A DNA stretch of 64,000 nucleotides, taken from an uncultured Acidobacteriota bacterium. GTDB lineage: Bacteria > Acidobacteriota > Vicinamibacteria > Vicinamibacterales > CAVVIG01. The stretch lies in NCBI GenBank assembly GCA_963750035.1, contig CAVVPE010000021.1:77789-141788 (forward strand). Direction: 5' to 3'. Both the position numbers and the translations under genes were made by a program. Under the pieces are notes generated by a model, which searched no databases, was not told where the DNA came from, and saw only the letters and a list, made by a program, of their open reading frames with translations. This document shows, one piece after another, positions 50,439-59,712 of this stretch (positions are counted from its first letter, which is position 1; every line of letters begins with the position of its first letter).

Positions 50439-52675
50439 ATGAGAATCACACGCTATCGGTCGCTGATGCTGTGGGTTTCGTTCGTCGGCGCGTTGGCCCT
50501 TGCGGTCTCCACGATTCACTGGACGACGGCCCCCGTGGCCGGCCAGACCGCGGCAAGCGGGCAGCCGAGCACGAAGAACGGCGAGTGGCCGCACTACACG
50601 GCCGATCTCACCGGCAGCCGCTACTCCCCGCTGGATCAAATCAACGGCGCGAACTTCAGCAAGCTCGAGGTCGCCTGGCGGTTCAAGACCGACAACTTCG
50701 GCCCGTTCCCCGAATTCAAGCTCGAAGGGACGCCGCTGATGGTGAAGGGCGTGCTGTACACGACGGCCGGCACGCGACGCTCAGTGATCGCCCTCGACGC
50801 GAAAACCGGCGAGCTGATCTGGTCGCACAGCCTGCGCGAGGGCAAGCGCGCCGGCCTCTCGCCGCGCCAGCTCTCCGGCCGCGGCGTCGCGTACTGGACC
50901 GACGGCCGCGGCGACGAGCGGATCCTCTACAACACGACCGGCTATCGGCTCGTCGCGCTGAACGCGAAGACCGGCCAGCCGATCACCTCGTTCGGCAACC
51001 AGGGCGTCGTCGATCTCAAGTCGGGCGCCATCCGGGGCGCCGACCAGCAGATCGATCTCGAGAGCGGCGAGATCGGCATTCACTCCACGCCCACCGTCGC
51101 CGGGAACGTCGGTCATCGTCGGCGCGGCGTTCCGCGAAGGGATGACCGTCAACACGCACAACAACACCAAGGGGCTCGGTCCGCGCCTTCGACGTGCGCA
51201 CCGGCAAGCAGCTGTGGCGGTTCAACACGATTCCGCGGACCGGCGAGTTCGGCAACGACACGTGGGAAGAGAACTCCTGGTCCTACAACGGCAACACCGG
51301 CGTGTGGACGCAGATCAGCGTCGACGAGGAGCTCGGGCTCGCCTATCTGCCGATCGAAACGCCGACGTCGGATTTCTACGGCGGCCATCGGCCCGGCAAC
51401 AACCTCTTCGCCGAGACGCTCGTCGCGGTCGACCTGAAGACCGGCCAGCGCAAGTGGCACTACCAGCTGGTGCACCACCCGATCTGGAACTTCGACAACT
51501 GCTGCGCGTCGCTGCTCGCCGACGTCGACGATCAACGGCAAGCCGCAGCAAGGTCGTCGCGCAGCCGAGCAAGCTCGGGTGGCTCTACGTGCTCGACCGC
51601 GCGACCGGCGAGCCGATCTGGCCGATCGAGGAGCGGCCGGTGCCGCAATCGGACGTGCCGGGCGAGAAAACGTCGCCGACGCAGCCGCACCCGACCAAGC
51701 CGCCCGCCTACGCGCGTAACTTCATGCGCGTGCCGGACGACGTGATCGACTTCACGCCGGAGCTGCGGCAGCAGGCGCTCGAGGTCTTGAAGCGCTACAA
51801 GTACGCGCCGTCGCCGTTCAACCCGCCGATTCTCGGCAACGTGAACGGACCGCTGCTGGGCGCCATCGGACCTGGCACCGCGACCAACTGGCCGGGCTCC
51901 GCGTACGATCCCGAGACGCACACCGTGTTCGCGCAGGCCGGCAACGTGCCGATCTCGTCGCGCTCGCTCGTCGAGCCGCCGAAGGGCTTCACCGACATCC
52001 GCTACGTCTCGGGTCTCGGCGGCCAGCCGTTCCGCGAGATCTTCGGACCCGGCGACTGCTGCGCGGCCGACTCGGGCCGGCGGACGCGCGACGAGCTCCC
52101 CGGCGCCGAAGGCGCCGCCGCGAAGCCGGCCGCTCCTCGCCGCAGCCCGCGAAGCTCGCGGCGCAGGCATCGCAGGGCCTCACCGTCCAGGGCCTGCCGA
52201 TCGTCAAGCCGCCGTACGGCGTGCTGACCGCCGTCAACCTCGATCGCGGCGAGATCGCTGTGGCAGGTGCCGCACGGCGACACACCCGACAACATCCGCA
52301 ATCACCCGGCGCTGAAGGGGCTCAACATCCCGAAGACCGGGCAGCCCGGCACCGCGGGCGTTGGACTGATGGTGACGAAGACGCGTCGTCGTGATGGGCG
52401 ATCCGCAGGTCACCAACCCGGGCAACCGGCCGCGCGGCGCGATGCTCCGCGCCTACGACAAGAAGACCGGCGCAGCAGGTCGGCGAGGTCTGATGCCGGC
52501 GCCGCAGAGCGGGTCGCCGATGACCTACTCGGTCGACGGCCGGCAGTACATCGTCGTCGCGGTCAGCGGCGGCAACTACACGGGCGAGTACCTGGCGTTC
52601 GCGCTCCCGCAGAGCGAGACACGCTCCGACGCAGCAGTAGGGTCCGGCTTCAGGCTCGTAGCGCGACGCGCGTAG
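50439..52675 (+). pseudogene. PQQ-dependent quinoprotein dehydrogenase (beta-propeller); at least 9 frame breaks
   Basis: MRITRYRSLMLWVSFVGALALAV signal/anchor. GEWPHYTADLTGSRYSPLDQINGANFSKLEVAWRF is a PQQ-dehydrogenase N-terminal pattern. Later blocks are VIVGAAFREGMTVNTHNNTKGL, VRAFDVRTGKQLWRFNTIP...ETPTSDFYGGHRPGNNLFAETLVAVDLKTGQRKWHYQLVHHPIWNFD, INGKPQQ, VVAQPSKLGWLYVLDRATGEPIW..., GLPIVKPPYGVLTAVNLDRGEI, LWQVPHGDTP... and MLRAYDKKTG...MTYSVDGRQYIVVAVSGG. Junctions are near 51110, 51178, 51530, 51555, 52140, 52258, 52385, 52470 and 52490. Confidence 0.8.
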
Positions 52676-52732
52676 GCGGCAGCCGGACTGATCGACGGTA
52701 GGGCGACCCCTGCAGGGTCGAGAGGAGGCGGT

Positions 52733-53963
52733 ATGAAACGTAACGTGTTGATCGGGACAGCATTCCTGCGCCCTGCTCGGCGCGCTCCTCGTCGCGCAGG
52801 GCTTCCTCGGACGGGCGGCGATCGCGCAGGCGCAGGGCAAGCCGCAGGCGCCGCGCTTCGAGGTCGATCCGTTCTGGCCGAAGCCGCTGCCGAACCACTG
52901 GCTGCTCGGCAACACGATCGGCGTCTGGGTCGACGCGCAGGACAACGTCTGGATCGTCCACCGCGGCGTCGGCCAACTCTCAACAACGAGAACGCGGCCT
53001 CGAGCTCGAAGATCTGCCGAGCTGCTGCGCAGGCGGCGCCGCCGGTGCTGGTCTTCGACAAGCCAGGGCAACCTCGTCCAGCAGCTGGGGCGGACCCGGG
53101 CAGGGCTACGACTGGCCGTCGTCGAACCACGGCATCTTCGTCGATCACACCGGCAACGTGTGGATTGGCGGCAACGGCCCGGGCGACTCGCACATCATGA
53201 AGTTCACGCAGGACGGCAAGTTCGTCGCGCAGTACGGCAAGCCGAACGTCGCGGCGAGCGGGCAAGAACGCGGAGGGCAACCCGACGTTCACGCCGAACA
53301 GCCACGACCCGGACGAACTTCGGCCGGGTCGCGAAGATCTTCGTCGACCCGAAAGCCAACGAGGCCTACATCGCCGACGGCTACTTCAACCACCGCGTCG
53401 CCGTGCTCGATGCGCGCGACCGGCAAGATGAAGCGGTTCTGGGGCGCGTACGGCGCGAAGCCCGACGACACGCCGCTCGGCCCCTACGATCCGGCGGCGC
53501 CGCCCGCCAAGCAGTTCCGCAACCCCGTCCACTGCGCGGATCTGTCGAATGACGGCCTGCTCTACGTCTGCGATCGCGTCAACAATCGCATCCAGGTGTT
53601 CCGTCCCGACGGCACGTTCGTCAGCGAGGTGTTCATCGCGAAGAACACCAAGGCCGCCGGCTCGGTCTGGGACGTCGCGTTCTCGAGCGACCCGCAGCAG
53701 CGGTTCATCTACGTCGCCGACGGCCAGAACAACCGGATCTACATCGTCGAGCGCGACACGATGCGGCATGCTCACCAGCTTCGGCGACGGCGGCCGCTAG
53801 CCGGGCCAGTTCTTCGGCGTGCACAGCATCGCCGTGGACTCGCAGGGCAACATCTACACGACCGAAACCTACGAAGGAAAGCGGATCCAGAAGTTCGTGA
53901 ACAAGGGCCTGGCGCCGGTGACGCAGGACGCACCAGGGCACGGTCTGGCCGACGACGCGGTGA
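52733..53963 (+). pseudogene. Secreted NHL-repeat protein (peptidylglycine-amidating-lyase-like beta-propeller); at least 6 frame breaks
   Basis: GAGGAGG RBS, then MKRNVLIGTAF. The signal continues in another frame (CALLGALLVAQGFLGRAAIAQAQG). Later pieces are KPQAPRFEVDPFWPKPLPNHWLLGNTIGVWVDAQDNVWIVHRG, WIGGNGPGDSHIMKFTQDGKFVAQYGKPN, KIFVDPKANEAYIADGYFNHRVAVLDA, GKMKRFWGAYGAKPDD...NPVHCADLSNDGLLYVCDRVNNRIQVFRPDGTFVSEVFI...FIYVADGQNNRIYIVERDTM and HSIAVDSQGNIYTTETYEGKRIQKFV. The end is at 53963 or 54010, depending on the frame. Confidence 0.7.
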
Positions 53964-53967
53964 TTCT

Positions 53968-54083
53968 CTGGAGGCTGGAGGGCTGGAGACTGGAGAGTTC
54001 CAGCCTCTAGTCCCCAGCCTCTAGTCCCCAGCTCTGGTCCCCAGTCCTCCGAGTTCCAGCCTCTAGTCCTCAGCCCCTAGTCC
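53968..54083. repeat. Junction minisatellite: CTGGAG-type units facing about 6 tandem CAGCCTCTAGTCCC-type units
   Basis: CTGGAGGCTGGAGGGCTGGAGACTGGAGAGTTC is followed by CAGCCTCTAGTCCC CAGCCTCTAGTCCC CAGCTCTGGTCCC CAGTCCTCCGAGTTC CAGCCTCTAGTCCT CAGCCCCTAGTCCC. It lies between the convergent NHL and amidohydrolase genes. Confidence 0.85.
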
Positions 54084-55189
54084 CTAAGGCTTCGCATTGA
54101 TGCGGAGCAGCTTCACCAGATTGCCGCCCAGGATCGCTTCCTTGTCAGCGTTGCTGATCGACGTGGCATTGAGGACGAAGTCGACGCCAACCGGCCAGTC
54201 AAACGGATAGTCCGTCCCGTAGAAGATATGGTCGGCACCGACCTCCGCCACGAGGTGGCGCAGGCCCTCCTCGCGGAAGATCATCGTGTCGATGTACAGC
54301 TGATGCCTGAAGTACTCGCTGGGCTTTCTCTGGAGCGCCTTGCAATCGGCGCCGCCGCCGCGGCCGCAGAGCGCGTCCGATCGACCGGTGTAGGAAGGCA
54401 GGTAGCCGCCGGCATGAGCACTGCAAATCTTCAGGCCCGGGAACCGATCCAGCGTGCCTTCGAAAATCAGGTGCGAGAGGAATACCGTCGTCTCGAGCGG
54501 ATTGCCGATCGTGTTGCCCAGACCGCCCTTCCCTTGCAGTCGCGGATTCTGAGTCGTGCCGGAAGCCTGCTGAGGGTGCATGAACAGCATGACACCCAGC
54601 TCTTCGGCTTTCGCCCAGAACGGATCGAACCTGCGGTCGGAGAGCTCCTGCCCCTCGACGCTGCCGCCGATGGCGGCGCCCCGCAATCCAAGCTTTCTGA
54701 CCGCCTGATCGAGCTGGTCGGCGGCCAGGTCGGGGTGCTGCAGCGCCAGCGTGGCCATTCCCACGAATCGATCGGGATTCCTGGCCACCGCCGCTGCGAT
54801 TCGTTCGTTCTGCACGGCGATGAGATCGCGGGCGAGCTCGCGCTCCGCCGAATAGCCCCAGGCGTTGACATTGATCGCCTGGATATCGATCCCCTCCTTG
54901 TCCATGTATTGCAGGCGCGCCGGGGTGCCCGGGCCGAGCGCGATCGCTCCGGTGAGATTGCCTTTGACCGTCGCGGCAAGCGGCGTGTCTTTGACCACGT
55001 CCCAGACTTCAGGGACAAACGTATGCGCGTGAACGTCGACGACCGTGATGCGGCGGCCGCCAATCGAGACGCGGCGCCGCGGCGCGGCCGCCTGCGCTCC
55101 GTGTGCGGCGTCACGGCACGTCGGCCGCCGAGCAACATGCCCGCCGTCGCGCCCGCGACGTTTCTGAGGAAGTCCCTGCGACTCGGCAT
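54084..55189 (-). CDS. Tat-exported amidohydrolase-2 family (ACMSD-like metal-dependent hydrolase), one frameshift
   Basis: Twin-arginine signal MPSRRDFLRNVAGATAGMLL. A frame change near 55095 restores QAAAPRRRVSIGGRRITVVDVHAHTFVPEVWDVVKDT. The rest is intact (ORF 54084..54998: ...GVMLFMHPQ...ICSAHAGGYLP...IFYGTDYPFDW). Confidence 0.8.
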
Positions 55190-55241
55190 CGTCTTCTCCT
55201 GATTGCGCTGGATAGCTCCCCGCCCACGCGTGACGCGGGCG

Positions 55242-56714
55242 CTACGCCGTGATCTGCGGAATCAGCGTGCCATAGACGTCCGTCAGACGCATGTCGCGGC
55301 CATTGAATCGGTACGTGAGCTTCCGATGGTCCAGCCCGAGCAGATGCAGCATCGTCGCGTGCAGGTCGTGGTACGAGATGGGCTGCTCTTCCGCCTTGTA
55401 GCCGAACTCGTCGCTTGCGCCGATCACCTGGCCACCCTTGATGCCGGCGCCAGCCATCAGCACCGTCTGTGCGCCCGGGTTGTGATCGCGTCCGACGCCG
55501 CGCTGCGAGATCGGCATCCGACCGAACTCCGAGTGCATGATCACCAGGGTTGAATCCAGCAGTCCGCGGGCCTTCAGATCCGTCAGCAGCCCTGCCGCCG
55601 GCAGATCCGTCTCGGCCGCATGCTGCGTGTGATTCGACTTGATATCGGCGTGCGCGTCCCACGTATCGACGTTCTGGTTGCCGACGCCACCGGCGAAGAT
55701 CTGCACGAACCGAACGCCACGCTCGACGAGCCGACGCGCCATGAGACACTGCCGGCCGAATGGCTCGGTGATCTTGTTGTCGAGGCCGTAGAGCTTCTTG
55801 GTCGCCTCCGACTCGCTGGCGACATCGACGGCGCTCGGCGCGCACCCCTGCATCCGATACGCGAGCTCGTAGGAAGAGATGCGCGCGGCGAGCTCGCTGT
55901 TGCCGGGAAATTTCTGCATGTCGAGCTCGTTCAGCCTGGCGAGCGCATCGAGCCGCATCCGCTGATCCTCCGCGGTCAGCGTGGAGGGCGGCTTGAGATC
56001 GACGATCGGATCGCCGGTGGAGCGGAAGAGCGTCCCCTGATAGGCGGCGGGCATGAAGCCGGCGCTCCAATCGTTTGGTCCACCCAGCGGCCCCCCGCGC
56101 GCATCGGTCATGACGACGAACGCGGGCAGGCTCGATGCGACCGAGCCGAGGCCGTAGGTGACCCACGACCCGACGCTCGGAAAACCGAGGTTGATCTGCC
56201 CGGTCTGCATCTCGTAGGTTCCCTGGACGTGATCGTTCGACCGGCCGTAGACCGACCGAAGAAATGCGATTTCATCGACGAGCCGGCTGAGCGAAGGGAA
56301 AATCTCCGCGATCTCGATACCGCTCTGGCCGTGCTTCTTGAAGGCGAACGGGCTGGGCATCAACGGCCCGGGAAACCCCTGCCGGACAATCACATCACCC
56401 TTGACCCGGCCGTCGATCGGTTCCCCGGCGAATTTCGTCAGGGCCGGTTTGGGATCGAAGGTGTCGACCTGGCTCCAGCCGCCGCCCATGAACAACGAGA
56501 TGACAGCGGTCGCGCGCGGCTTGAAGTGCGGCGCCCTGGGTGCGTACGGATTGACGCCGGACGCCGGTTCCGAACAGGTGTCAGCCGCAGCAGGAGTCGC
56601 CAACAACCCATCGCGGTCGAGCAGGTACGCCAGGGCCAAACCGCTGATTCCGCCGCCCGAACGGAACAGGAATTCGCGGCGGTCCCAGAAGTGCCGGCTG
56701 CATCGGTGCGACAT
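55242..56714 (-). CDS. DUF1501 domain protein (sulfatase-fold, Tat-like signal)
   Basis: Intact 490-aa ORF: WDRREFLFRSGGGISGLALAYLL, LFMGGGWSQVDTFDPKPAL, ...VIMHSEFGRMP...GRDHNP. Confidence 0.85.
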   Translation of the reverse strand: MSHRCSRHFWDRREFLFRSGGGISGLALAYLLDRDGLLATPAAADTCSEPASGVNPYAPRAPHFKPRATAVISLFMGGGWSQVDTFDPKPALTKFAGEPIDGRVKGDVIVRQGFPGPLMPSPFAFKKHGQSGIEIAEIFPSLSRLVDEIAFLRSVYGRSNDHVQGTYEMQTGQINLGFPSVGSWVTYGLGSVASSLPAFVVMTDARGGPLGGPNDWSAGFMPAAYQGTLFRSTGDPIVDLKPPSTLTAEDQRMRLDALARLNELDMQKFPGNSELAARISSYELAYRMQGCAPSAVDVASESEATKKLYGLDNKITEPFGRQCLMARRLVERGVRFVQIFAGGVGNQNVDTWDAHADIKSNHTQHAAETDLPAAGLLTDLKARGLLDSTLVIMHSEFGRMPISQRGVGRDHNPGAQTVLMAGAGIKGGQVIGASDEFGYKAEEQPISYHDLHATMLHLLGLDHRKLTYRFNGRDMRLTDVYGTLIPQITA

Positions 56715-56801
56715 TTTTTATTCCTCGCGGGGCCCCACCCCCGCTCGTTCGCGCTGCGGCGCTCGAAGACTCGCTCTCCTCGCGCGGGCCGCAGGCGCCC
56801 A

Positions 56802-59438
56802 TCACCTCATGTAGACGAACTCGTCGAGGTTGAGAAGCACATGCGTAAACGCAGTGAGCGACTGCTTGCGAATCAAATCCGTGGCAATGGCCATTTCGGC
56901 CTTTGCCGGCGGCCTGGCAAGCGCGATGCGATAGGCGCGATCGATCTGTTCCAACGGATCGCTCGTCTCGCGGCTCACGCGATCGGCCAGCCGCTCGGCT
57001 TGCGACAACACGAACGGATTGTTCAGGAGCGTCAACGCCTGCGTCGGGACGGTCGAGACGTTTCTCGCGCCCGCCGTGACGTTCATGTCCGGATGGTCGA
57101 ACGTGTCGAACATGGGGTACGGGAGCGACCGGCGCCGGTAGACGTACACGCCGCGCCGCCACGACGCCGGCCCTTCCGGCGTGTTCTCCCACTTCCCGCG
57201 GAACTGACCGGCCAGGATGTCTTTCGGGATGAACGGGAAGATCGGCTCTCCACCGATGGCGCGATTGAGGTTCCCGCCAACCGCCAGCATGCTGTCCCGC
57301 ACGATCTCGGCCTCGAGCCGCTGCGGGCGGAATCGCCAGAGGTAACGATTGTCCGGATCGTTCGCGGAGTTGGCGGCGCGCTCGAAGCTCGAGGCCATCT
57401 GGTACGCGTCGGACATCATCATCAGCTTGTTGATCTGCTTGATGCTCCAGCCGCGCTTCATGAATTCGACGGCCAGCCAGTCCAGCAGCTCGGGATGCGA
57501 CGGCGCTTCGCCCATCTTCCCGAAGTTTTCGAGCGTGGCGACGATTCCACGACCGAAGTGCTTCTGCCAGAGACGATTGACGATCACCCGCGCGGTCAGC
57601 GGGTTCTGCGGCGAACCAATCCATCGGGCCAGCGCCAGGCGGCGGCCAGAGGTGCGGCCGTCGGGACGCGGCATCACGGTCGGAGGGGTGCCGTACGTGA
57701 TCACTTCGATGAAGCCCGGCTGCATCTCCGGACCGCGGCTCTCGACGTCACCACGAATCAGGAAGTACGAGGGCGGGACTTCGTAACGGCCGGGACCCTT
57801 GTGGAGATAACTGCCCGGGAACGGCGGTGGAATGCGGCACTTCGGACAGCTGACGACGTTGTCGCCTTCGCCGAGGGGCGAGAACCGATAATCGCCGTCG
57901 GTCGCGATTTCCGCCATCGGGAGCGGGCGGGGCCGCTCTTTCTCGAGCGCCGCGATCTGTGCCGACAGCTCCTGCTTGCTGGCGAGCTCAACCGGCGTCA
58001 GCGCCTGGTCGATCTGCGCGCCCGAAACACCGACCGCTTCGTAGACCTGAACGGCGAGCAGCTTCTCGCCGGGAGTCCGTTCCGCTTCAGGTTTTGCTGC
58101 CGCCCGGTAAATCGCCTCGGAGAAGTTCTTCTTGATCTGCTCGAGCTCCAGCCGATCGCGATGCGGCTTCTCGATGGCGGCGATCTGCTTTCTCAGCTCG
58201 TCGCGCCTGGCGTTGATCGCATCGTTCTGTGCGAGATAGGCCGCCGCTTCTGTCGGCGGCGCCAGCGGCACTTCGGTTTCCACGTATCCGAAGATCGACG
58301 CTTCGAGCGCGTAGTAGTCCCGCTGCCGGATCGGGTCGAACTTGTGATCGTGGCAGCGCGCGCAGTTGATCGTCAGCCCCAGCGTGCCCTTGCCAATCGT
58401 GCCGAGAATCTCGTCCAGGTAATCGAAGCGGCGCTCGGGGTTGTCCTTTTCCCGGAACAGCACCCGGGGGCCGGCCCGCAGAAAACCGGTGGCAATCAGG
58501 CTGTCCTCGGTCTTGCCATCCATCTCGTCGCCGGCGATCTGTTCGGTCAGGAAGACGTCATAGGGCTTGTCGGCGTTGAACGAGCGGATCACGTAGTCGC
58601 GATAGCGCCAGGCGTTCGGCCGATGCATGTCGTACTCGAAGCCCGCCGAATCCGCATACCGCGCCACGTCGAGCCAGTGCCGCCCGTACCGTTCGCCGTA
58701 GTGCGGCGAGGCGAGCAGCTTGTCGATCAGCCGCTCCCAGGCGCCCGGCTTGTCGTCCGCGATGAAGGCGGCGACTTCCGCGGGCGACGGCGGCAGGCCG
58801 AGCAGATCGAGATACGCACGACGGACGAGGGTCAGCCGATCGGCGCGGGGAGCCGCCGTCAGCTTGTGCTGCGCCCGCGCCTTTTCCAGGAATCGATCGA
58901 TCGGGTGCGTGAAATCCTTGCGGTCGACCTGCGGAACCGGAGCCTGCTCGGGAAGCCTGAACGCCCAGTAGGCGCGTTCCTCAGGCGTGAGCGGTCGATG
59001 TTCGACGGCCGCGAGCGCCGAATTGCCGGTCGCGGGCGGAGCGTCCACCGCCCCATCCCACCTGGCACCCTCGTCGATCCACTGTTTCAGCAAGGCCAGC
59101 TGCGAGCCGTCGAGCGGCGTCCCTTGCATCGGCATCGCCGGTTGTTCGAGTCCCGCGACCATCCGGTACAGACGGCTGCGCTCAGCGTTCCCCGGCACGA
59201 GCACCGCACCGCGCGCGCCACCGGACAACGCCGTCTCGCGCGTGCGGAGATCGAGCTTCGAAAGCTGCAGCGCTCCGCCGTGGCACGACACGCACTTCCC
59301 TTCCAGGATCGGTCGGATGTCGCGGTCGAAGGCGATGGATGGCTGCGCGGTCGTCTGCGTCGGGAAGTGCGCAGCGCACAGGAGAAGGGTGACGCCGATG
59401 ACCCTTGAGAGCCACGTTCTTCGAGTTGGCACGCTCAC
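56802..59438 (-). CDS. PSCyt (planctomycete-type cytochrome c) / DUF1549 / DUF1553 protein
   Basis: Intact 878-aa ORF with a GTG start. Signal, then FDRDIRPILEGKCVSCHGG (CxxCH heme site) and a second CARCHDHKFDP motif typical of DUF1549. Long DUF1553-like C-terminus. Confidence 0.85.
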   Translation of the reverse strand: MSVPTRRTWLSRVIGVTLLLCAAHFPTQTTAQPSIAFDRDIRPILEGKCVSCHGGALQLSKLDLRTRETALSGGARGAVLVPGNAERSRLYRMVAGLEQPAMPMQGTPLDGSQLALLKQWIDEGARWDGAVDAPPATGNSALAAVEHRPLTPEERAYWAFRLPEQAPVPQVDRKDFTHPIDRFLEKARAQHKLTAAPRADRLTLVRRAYLDLLGLPPSPAEVAAFIADDKPGAWERLIDKLLASPHYGERYGRHWLDVARYADSAGFEYDMHRPNAWRYRDYVIRSFNADKPYDVFLTEQIAGDEMDGKTEDSLIATGFLRAGPRVLFREKDNPERRFDYLDEILGTIGKGTLGLTINCARCHDHKFDPIRQRDYYALEASIFGYVETEVPLAPPTEAAAYLAQNDAINARRDELRKQIAAIEKPHRDRLELEQIKKNFSEAIYRAAAKPEAERTPGEKLLAVQVYEAVGVSGAQIDQALTPVELASKQELSAQIAALEKERPRPLPMAEIATDGDYRFSPLGEGDNVVSCPKCRIPPPFPGSYLHKGPGRYEVPPSYFLIRGDVESRGPEMQPGFIEVITYGTPPTVMPRPDGRTSGRRLALARWIGSPQNPLTARVIVNRLWQKHFGRGIVATLENFGKMGEAPSHPELLDWLAVEFMKRGWSIKQINKLMMMSDAYQMASSFERAANSANDPDNRYLWRFRPQRLEAEIVRDSMLAVGGNLNRAIGGEPIFPFIPKDILAGQFRGKWENTPEGPASWRRGVYVYRRRSLPYPMFDTFDHPDMNVTAGARNVSTVPTQALTLLNNPFVLSQAERLADRVSRETSDPLEQIDRAYRIALARPPAKAEMAIATDLIRKQSLTAFTHVLLNLDEFVYMR

Positions 59439-59450
59439 TCCCTCTACTTA

Positions 59451-59550
59451 CCCGAGGGGCTTCGCCCCTCGGACTCCCCCACACGCTCACTCGCGGGCCG
59501 CTGCGCCGGCGCGCTCCGTTCGCGTGGCTCGCTCGCGCGCTCGCTCGCGG
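59451..59550. repeat. Repeat family 2, copy 3 (full length)
   Basis: CCCGAGGGGCTTCGCCCCTCGGACTCCCCCACACGCTCACTCGCGGGCCGCTGCGCCGGCGCGCTCCGTTCGCGTGGCTCGCTCGCGCGCTCGCTCGCGG. It contains the hairpin CCGAGGGGC-ttc-GCCCCTCGG. Confidence 0.85.
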
Positions 59551-59712
59551 CGCAGGTCAGCTGATTTCGTTTGATGATACGCGGCGCGTGCAGGGGCGGG
59601 CGACTTTTTTCGTGTGCTCGCTGCAAGTTCGTCTAGGCCTAGCTAGGCGAAGGGACCACCGTCGGTTTATCGTTGGCCGTGTGATTGAGTCCCGTTCCTA
59701 CGTGTCAACGAG

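Noticed and set aside
55620-59408. Very long ORFs on the opposite strand of recognised genes (1262 aa at 55620..59408; also 23971..25311, 11057..12217, 45048..46229, 7891..9021, 9018..10109, 60662..61645)
   Set aside because: They are Arg/Ala/Gly/Pro-rich shadow ORFs, typical of high-GC DNA. They lack recognisable motifs and lie exactly antisense to genes with clear family signatures.
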